64,000 bases of DNA from positions 352,001 to 416,000 of the forward strand of contig BK006934.2 of the NCBI GenBank assembly GCA_000146045.2, given 5' to 3'. Below, one piece after another: positions 58,101-64,000 of the stretch. The position numbers were made by a program, and so were the translations under genes. Under the pieces are notes generated by a model. That model was not told the origin of the DNA, made no database searches, and saw only the letters and a program-made list of their open reading frames with translations. The DNA comes from TPA_inf: Saccharomyces. Lineage: Eukaryota. How positions within the stretch are numbered: the stretch's first letter is position 1; every line of letters starts with the position of its first letter.

Positions 58101-58789
58101 GAATAGAAAACGATGAAAAGGCCGGCGATTTCATGCAACCTGTATATATCAATTATGATTTTCTGTCTCTTTCAAAAATTTTTACAAAATTGACCGTGTT
58201 TTATTTAAGCAGTGTCATCATTAAGACCATGAAAGTTTTACTGGCAATGGTAATGGTTATCTTCAAATGTTTTTCAAAAGTTAACAAAACTTTATACTAT
58301 TGTCTTTTGATATCTGCGGTAACCAATTTGTTCTTTGTTGGTAAATCTATTCATTCATATTTCTCCGTAAAGTCAGCCGAAACCCTATTTCAGAACTATG
58401 CCAATGGTGATCAGCGAGGACTTCAAATCATGCATCGGTCTTTGACAGTGCCTGATTTGAACCTACTTACAAGAAAAATGATGGATAATGACCAGGAAAA
58501 TCCAGTATTCAAGAGATTTGACGAAGACAAAAATGCATACCAGTACAAAGGAACAAGGCAAGAAATTGCAATTAAACGAAACCAAGTGCTGACGGAATTA
58601 AAAATTCTACAAAATACGGAAAAGGAACTCGTACAGGGAAGTTACAGAAAATTCATAATAACAGAAAGAGACAAATGCATCACCACTCAGAATGAAATCT
58701 TTGATTTATGGATAAACGATACCAAACTACAAGATTATTGTATGGCATGTTTTGCAGAGTACAACAGATTATCTGCCATTCCAGTCTGA
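55103..58789 (+). CDS. YSP1: Sterol-transfer protein with PH-like/GRAM and VASt (StART-like) domains (1228 aa)
   Basis: The 1228-aa ORF has a GRAM/PH-like region (LSGWLYMKTTVGHDPKRVVWVRRWCFLQNNVFGVF) and C-terminal TM helices. It matches YSP1/LAM1. Confidence 0.85.
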   Translation: MHEHKAELRLITVALNEASTDSPSFRASVNYFHTRMESLSSWMHSTVDYVENTYKPSFQDFQRIKETLFSQLLPSPILLSNGFVSNQPYTPLLVRDFTRDVSDLSNTVMKIILGDENSQYTAALSALSSDAINPYFNKRKTFEYYQRKYDSFLTDFLAATNDGNTLIPQNLQNETFKLVDIKHKYIEASLDLTEAISLMKVNLDKFLIETIDIVRKNNVITTKDTKDVIDITPELTETLKDWTDWIESNLQTLQALSSKLSEAKYAILKLSLARMKPSRLIQDYDLKSIQNLKFNLPKSISNGNNSEEKGLSGWLYMKTTVGHDPKRVVWVRRWCFLQNNVFGVFSLSPSKTYVEETDKFGILWITVEYLPKEPRNFCFKLRIQNPNCKTEEENTYIDIILQAESIDELKSWINTLTSHKRIALSIKEENDPRYQLARKKIEPQFFEFASSSSTSTDKLLTSFSSKTLTLVEELKKNYMSEDDIYSIIDNKAYHLRVISTPIATQLTHLALFSTFLSVSNYYPCATQANTWGTANWNDLSYLVNPLKGSSVHKPATVSNSSRFSVSYPDYYPYSLKVDDIQFRSIFFSVNHDFLQVPKELVLLRYSSVWCPNNKQKFASMAFVTLNHIYVYLNISGFSYLRRIDLLDIDSIEYDKSPKHVSSRMLHMQRGDGLRFNMSVFFTDRRAVASKLQFLIENKAMHIPKGEKEVLEIFQELDEEIENEKKIIKDNLSESEHYSKDYDYLLKSTYDHHFENTNETPMELMSRKLRLEREAWCYFQDNFKVGSKTLFHVLFGDKSQVFPSSLFLCKKGSNLNNNSYWERIRRAKEDASCQFELCRKLQFQLNRTSNFIKDLLWLKDDNDNFKLVLQQRVTKIKQGYYFEVEEGPIIVKFPLCHPLLLRVRFIIAECITSQGESLKKCDLAILYDFNYVESIDKLNTKVEKLWLFERIHLNWALRYCKLEHSEINRKTREYLKKFNDREKMSDVIKLCGFLGVLPKERIENDEKAGDFMQPVYINYDFLSLSKIFTKLTVFYLSSVIIKTMKVLLAMVMVIFKCFSKVNKTLYYCLLISAVTNLFFVGKSIHSYFSVKSAETLFQNYANGDQRGLQIMHRSLTVPDLNLLTRKMMDNDQENPVFKRFDEDKNAYQYKGTRQEIAIKRNQVLTELKILQNTEKELVQGSYRKFIITERDKCITTQNEIFDLWINDTKLQDYCMACFAEYNRLSAIPV

Positions 58790-59383
58790 ATAGTGCCCCA
58801 GAATGTCTACTCTTCAATAATCAGAAGGACCCCGTCTTGTCTAATAGAATGGGTGAACTTTTTTTATTTCTTGGCTCATGATTATATTGTAAAATACATA
58901 GCATTTTATATAATTGTGGTGCTAACCCTAAGTACTTTTTTTTTTCGCCCTTTCCGGGTTTCTTTTTTTCACCTTTTCGTTTTTCTAGAATTTCGCAAAG
59001 TATATAAGAGACCATAAACAGTTGGAGAAAAATATCACAAATTTATCAGCCCAATTTATGGCAGCTTAAAAATGTCTAGGTCGATGCTTTCAACGATATC
59101 TTTATCAGGTGATTCTTACGCGCCAGGTGGATAGAGGAAATTTGCGACAGTAGGTTTACTGTCCTGGTTTCCTTGTACACTTGTGATACTCATTTTTTGT
59201 CTGCCAATAATATAGTCCTGTTTATTTGTTATATGATGATAACCTTCTCAGCTCACTCAGATCTTTTGATATGATTGATAAAAATTTCCTATCCAACATT
59301 CATCAATTTATCTGACCAAACAATAAACTTAGTACTATATAGTCTCGCAGGCAATTCTCTTGAATAATTTCAACTTTTATATC

Positions 59384-60406
59384 TTACATGAAACTTAAAC
59401 ACGATACATGTATCCAGTTTTCATCTCGATCTGGTTCGCTGTGAAATTTTACTATAACACTGTTTTTGAAGTAGGATTTTTGCCAATAAGACATTTCATA
59501 GTTCGTGTACAGGCCGTGATATTCATCTAATTTGTTCAACCACTTGAAGCCCCATAACTTTGTTTTATGGTTAACTATTCTGGAGGAGTCATCGAAAATT
59601 TCCTCTTCTATAGCATCCTGAACTTTTAAGCGGTTATATTCATATACTTCACTGAATCCCTTTTTTTCTAGTATATTGATCAAATCAGATAATAGCTCGA
59701 TTCCGTGAATAACATATTTCAATGATTTGTTCTTTTTTGAAATGGCAATTTTTCGCAGCTTGTTTAACCTGCCCAAGGATTCCAGTACTGTTTCATTCTC
59801 ATCAACAAGAAAAAATTTCAAAAGATTTAATGCTTCGTGGACCATATAATGTCTCGAATTCTGCGTTTTGACACTTTGTTCCTTTTCTAAGCGATTTACC
59901 TCCTCTGTATTTATGACATCATTCATCCATTCCTCATTATCTTGTTGATCATTTTCTGTGGCGTTTTCTGTCTTAATATAATTCCCATCTTTATCGAATA
60001 CCCCATGTTTTATTTCGTCATCTATATTAAATGGCTCTATATTCACACCTTTTTCTACCTTGCTCTCTGAATTACCGATCTGATAATCTAAGTCGGCTAA
60101 GTTTTCTTTCTTGAACTCTGCAATATCCAAAAGCTGAATTTTCGATTTCTTTCGCTTTCTATGGTCTTCGACGTGATCTTCATTTTTTTCATAGGATTTT
60201 TCATCCATTTCTTTCCCACTATTTTCATTATCTGTAGAATCTTCAACGCTAGAATCAGAATCAGAATCATATTCTGCCCTGCTTAGCTCTTCATCTTCAT
60301 ATATCGTACTTTGATTATGTAACTCATCGCTAAGCTTTTCGTCGTGTTCACGTCGATCACTATTTCTTTTCAGTTTTGAGCTGTTCGGGTATTGCGTATA
60401 TTTCAT
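59384..60406 (-). CDS. LIN1: GYF-domain protein linked to the U5 snRNP (340 aa)
   Basis: An acidic 340-aa protein with a C-terminal GYF-like segment (WIHVSCLSFM context). Size and position match LIN1. Confidence 0.75.
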   Translation of the reverse strand: MKYTQYPNSSKLKRNSDRREHDEKLSDELHNQSTIYEDEELSRAEYDSDSDSSVEDSTDNENSGKEMDEKSYEKNEDHVEDHRKRKKSKIQLLDIAEFKKENLADLDYQIGNSESKVEKGVNIEPFNIDDEIKHGVFDKDGNYIKTENATENDQQDNEEWMNDVINTEEVNRLEKEQSVKTQNSRHYMVHEALNLLKFFLVDENETVLESLGRLNKLRKIAISKKNKSLKYVIHGIELLSDLINILEKKGFSEVYEYNRLKVQDAIEEEIFDDSSRIVNHKTKLWGFKWLNKLDEYHGLYTNYEMSYWQKSYFKNSVIVKFHSEPDRDENWIHVSCLSFM

Positions 60407-60813
60407 ATCCTTCTACAAACAATATGGTGCACTTGAGTGTTTTTATCAAAGTTTTCCCTTGTTCTTTAAAAGGCAGCTTAGCATGGTCATTCCAATTTGT
60501 TCGGATGCGCTTCTTTTAATCTAGTCAGAGAAACTTACCCATTAAGTAATTAAAATCGATTATTAGGGCATAAATGGAAGAAAAGGAGACTATGTTGGTA
60601 GAATGTAAAGGAAGGGACCCTCATTCACAAACAAGGCAGGGACTTTTATGTTACTACTGAATGTTCATGGTGATGAGTGATAATGTCCTTTAGCTAATAG
60701 AGTAAGCCACACTTATTCAAAGGTCAATTTGGAGTAGGCTTACAAATGTAGTCTTTTCTTTCATAAACCAGTAGTGTTAAACTTTATGTTTCTTCAACTT
60801 TGACGCACAATAT

Positions 60814-60823
60814 TTGGCGGCTA
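60814..60823 (+). promoter_or_regulatory. URS1 element TTGGCGGCTA upstream of REC104
   Basis: Matches TCGGCGGCTA at 9/10, ~85 bp upstream of the ATG. REC104 is an early meiotic gene. Confidence 0.6.
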
Positions 60824-60906
60824 TTTTCCGCTATACCAAATAAAATATATCTTTTGTATAAGAAAACAAACTGCTGAAGAAAAGAACATACAGCAACTTG
60901 GACAAC

Positions 60907-61455
60907 ATGTCCATCGAGGAGGAAGATACAAATAAGATCACATGTACGCAAGACTTTCTTCACCAATACTTTGTAACTGAAAGGGTTAGCATTCAATTTG
61001 GGTTAAATAACAAGACCGTAAAAAGGATAAATAAAGATGAATTTGATAAGGCAGTAAATTGTATCATGTCATGGACAAACTATCCTAAGCCTGGGTTAAA
61101 ACGAACAGCTTCAACGTACCTCTTAAGCAATTCCTTTAAGAAATCTGCAACAGTATCTCTTCCGTTTATCTTAGGCGACCCAGTATGCATGCCGAAGAGG
61201 GTGGAAAGCAATAATAATGATACCTGTCTTCTGTATAGTGACACATTATATGACGATCCTTTAATACAGAGGAATGATCAAGCAGGAGATGAAATAGAGG
61301 ATGAATTTAGCTTTACATTGCTACGAAGTGAAGTAAATGAAATCAGACCCATATCTTCGTCCAGCACCGCCCAAATACTGCAATCGGACTATTCTGCGCT
61401 GATGTATGAGAGACAGGCTTCAAATGGGAGCATATTTCAGTTTAGTAGTCCCTGA
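60907..61455 (+). CDS. REC104: Meiotic DSB-formation protein (182 aa)
   Basis: The ORF track starts at a TTG at 60898. The first ATG at 60907 (MSIEEEDTNKITCTQDF...) gives 182 aa. A URS1 element lies ~85 bp upstream. Confidence 0.85.
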   Translation: MSIEEEDTNKITCTQDFLHQYFVTERVSIQFGLNNKTVKRINKDEFDKAVNCIMSWTNYPKPGLKRTASTYLLSNSFKKSATVSLPFILGDPVCMPKRVESNNNDTCLLYSDTLYDDPLIQRNDQAGDEIEDEFSFTLLRSEVNEIRPISSSSTAQILQSDYSALMYERQASNGSIFQFSSP

Positions 61456-61524
61456 GATTTAGTTTGATATCGTTAGCATAAGCTATTTGTCACGTTACTA
61501 TTTCTCTCCTTCATTTATTCTTCC

Positions 61525-61660
61525 ATGATATATAAATTTTTGTCAAGAGTACAGTTATTATTATATTATATCATTATTATAATTGTTATGATTACTATTA
61601 ATATTATTAATGTTTATTATCAATGTTTATTATTATTATTGTTATTACACATGAAAAGTG
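61525..61660. repeat. ATT/TTA-rich imperfect repeat field between the convergent REC104 and KEL1
   Basis: ttattatattatatcattattataattgttatgattactattaatattattaatgtttattatcaatgtttattattattattgttattac. Confidence 0.7.
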
Positions 61661-61684
61661 AAATTTCATTACGCATATTGTCTT

Positions 61685-64000
61685 TTATAGTAGATCGCTG
61701 TCAGCATCTTCATTAACTTGTTTGGTGTTATTTTCCAAATTCAATAATCTCTTTTTCAACTCTAACACTTCACTTTTCAAGTCATCTCTTTCTTGATTAG
61801 TGATGAAGAGTTCCGCTTTCAGATCATTTATTTTGATGTTGAATTGATTTTCTCTTATGCTGTTGCTATTTTTTACATTATTGGAACTCTCCTCGGTGCT
61901 TCTGAGACCATTTTCGAAATTTTCACTGCAGACGCCATTTTTGAACTTCAATTCATCTAACTCGTCGATTAACTTTTTATTCAAACTCTTGTACTTCTCT
62001 AGCTCTCTTTGTGAAACCATTAGTGCCTTACTTGCACTGTCCATAGAACTGATACTTTCTTTGTAATCATTCTGTATTTTTTTGATTTCATTCTCTTTTA
62101 CTAATACATCTTGACTTAATGAGCTGTGTTCCATCTTTAAAGCATGGTATTCAGAAGATAGTTTTTCTTTAGATATTGTTAGCTCTTGACTTCTCTCCAG
62201 CAAATCGTCCAATCTATTCGTTAGTTTGTTAATCACTACACGGTGGTGACGACTTTGATCACCATAGGGTTCACCGACAGTTTTCTCGCCATTTTCATCC
62301 GATACAGATATCAAAGAAGAAGAAGATTCAAGAAACGAAGAGTTGGCTCTGTTTTCTTTCCAATGACTGATCAATGAGCCTAACTGTGACGAGTAATTCG
62401 CAACATTATTGATTATATCTTCGTTATGTTGTTTGCTTTCATTTTTCAACCTTTCATTTTCTCTACTCAAATTCTCATGTTCTATCTGTAGTTCTTCAAG
62501 TTTTTCTTTGTAATTAGGCTCTAGTTCTAAGGATTTAATTTTTTCGTTCTGAAATTGTATAACTTCATTTAGATTCTCTATGTCTAAGAATTTGCTATTC
62601 ACCAACTCTTCTAGCTCATTAACTTTATCTTCCAAGGAATGATTATCTGCCTCTAGTATTTCACATTTTGATTGCAGTCTGACGGAATCCAATTCATCTA
62701 TTTCTTTCGTTGTCCCAGAATTCTTCTGGGATTTTAACTGCCATAGCTCCGTCTCTAATTCCTTTATGTGAGCTCCGGCTTCAAGCGCCTTTTCGTGCGT
62801 CAATTCTTTCAAACTTTGCAATTCCGATCTTAATTTCTCAAATAGTGCCCTATCTACGACTTCGGTAGTAGCATCTCTATTTATAGGAACGCTAGCTTCT
62901 TCATTTTTCGTATCAGTTGGAACGTCTCCCATTGGGGACACGTTTTTTTCATCACTTGCATCAATAACATGGTTAGCACTATCATGGCCCGCGGTGTCGC
63001 TTTTCTTTATTGTAATATCCACAGGCTCGGACAGTTTGTCGATCTCCGTATTATTCTGTGATAATTCTGAAGATTCATTATAATGCTTTATTTTGAACTG
63101 ATCTTTGGATGGGGAGCTCGCCATTTGAGCCACACCGATTTCGTCGTCTTCGTCAGCAACATTGCCGTCCTCTTCAACCTTGGACATCGAAGATGTGCCT
63201 AGTTTGTCCCCGTTTATCTCTTGGTCGAAGGTCGTCGTGGAATCTATTTTTTCATCAGCGTCAGGAAGATGTTTTATTTCCTCTATATTACCATTTTGGG
63301 GCGTTTTTATCTCATTACTTGGAAGCGTCTCTAATATTGGGGAGTTATTCTTTATTTGGTTTGCAGGGGTGAGATTATCTCCATAGATTGAAGATGGGAT
63401 GCGCTGATTTCCAACTGTTGGATCCATAGTTTCAGAAAGATCAGGTTCTTTCTGGATAGTAGGCGTATCAAATGGTTTGTTGGAAGTTATTTTCATAACC
63501 GGCGTTTGTGAGCTTTCAGATGGAACATATGGAGTCAAAATGTTAGGCTCAGCAATCAAGTGAGATTCAGAATTTACTGGGTGGCTCTGATTTTGGTGTT
63601 CTGTTGACACATTTCGATTGTGTACCTCCCTGTTGAGGCGATCAGCATCTGAAAAATCTTTTGGTGCAGGTGATGGAGCGGAAGCTAGAGGAGCTGCTGA
63701 AATTGGTACGTTCATATTTTTAGTTTGATGAGAGGTTGGGGTAACGGGCGTCGCCAGGTCAAGATTACCATTTCTCGGAGTTGGCGTATCAGTTGGAACA
63801 TCCATTACGCCTGGACAAAGGTCCTTTATGCGGGCCAAGTCTAGCGTATAAACAATTGTACCTCTTTGCATATCAATATCAGAGGTATGCAAGTCGTACT
63901 CCTCGACTCTAGCGTAATCAAATTTATCTCCTCCCATAATCAAAATTTTATCATTTTTTAATAATGTTAAAGAATGCCCAGAACGGCCTTGCGGAATTCC
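61685..64000 (-). CDS. KEL1: Kelch-repeat protein, C-terminal ~770 aa; the 5' part lies outside the window
   Basis: The reading frame stays open to the window edge (..[29 protein letters not shown].., a kelch blade), followed by long coiled-coil heptads ([12 protein letters not shown]...). The stop is at 61685. Confidence 0.9.

Overview
This window is eukaryotic and is almost certainly a slice of the right arm of Saccharomyces cerevisiae chromosome VIII, running from the 3' end of MSH1 (YHR120W) to the 3' part of KEL1 (YHR158C). Every ORF longer than about 100 codons matches a yeast protein I recognise, in a gene order I recognise. Two genes carry yeast-style spliceosomal introns (GTATGT ... 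TACTAAC ... AG): EPT1, and RPL42B with a 4-nt first exon. Both tRNA genes (Phe-GAA and Pro-UGG) have introns and both have Ty LTR (delta-type) remnants just upstream, the usual Ty integration signature. The gene coordinates fit my memory of S288C chrVIII positions if window position x corresponds to roughly 352000 + x. That implies near-perfect collinearity with the reference, but it rests on recalled coordinates, not on an alignment. Features called: 38 protein-coding genes (two partial at the window edges), 2 tRNAs, 1 probable H/ACA snoRNA (snR32, partly from memory of the locus), 3 LTR regions, several promoter motifs readable by eye, and several micro- or minisatellites. Promoter motifs: NDT80 middle sporulation elements (MSE) and URS1, three Pho4 CACGTG sites for SPL2, the Aro80 CCG-N7 array for ARO9, a Rap1 site for RPL42B, Ace2 sites for DSE2, and URS1 sites for REC104 and SPO16. 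I do not see a gene cluster or repeat architecture that known annotation fails to explain. There is no prokaryotic-style defense or accessory system here. Claiming a previously undescribed system would not be supportable from this sequence. The findings below are second-look items (regulatory architecture, unstable repeats, Ty scars) rather than novel systems. The ORF track starts ORFs at non-ATG codons (TTG/GTG/CTG). I trimmed N-termini to the first ATG consistent with the known protein lengths.
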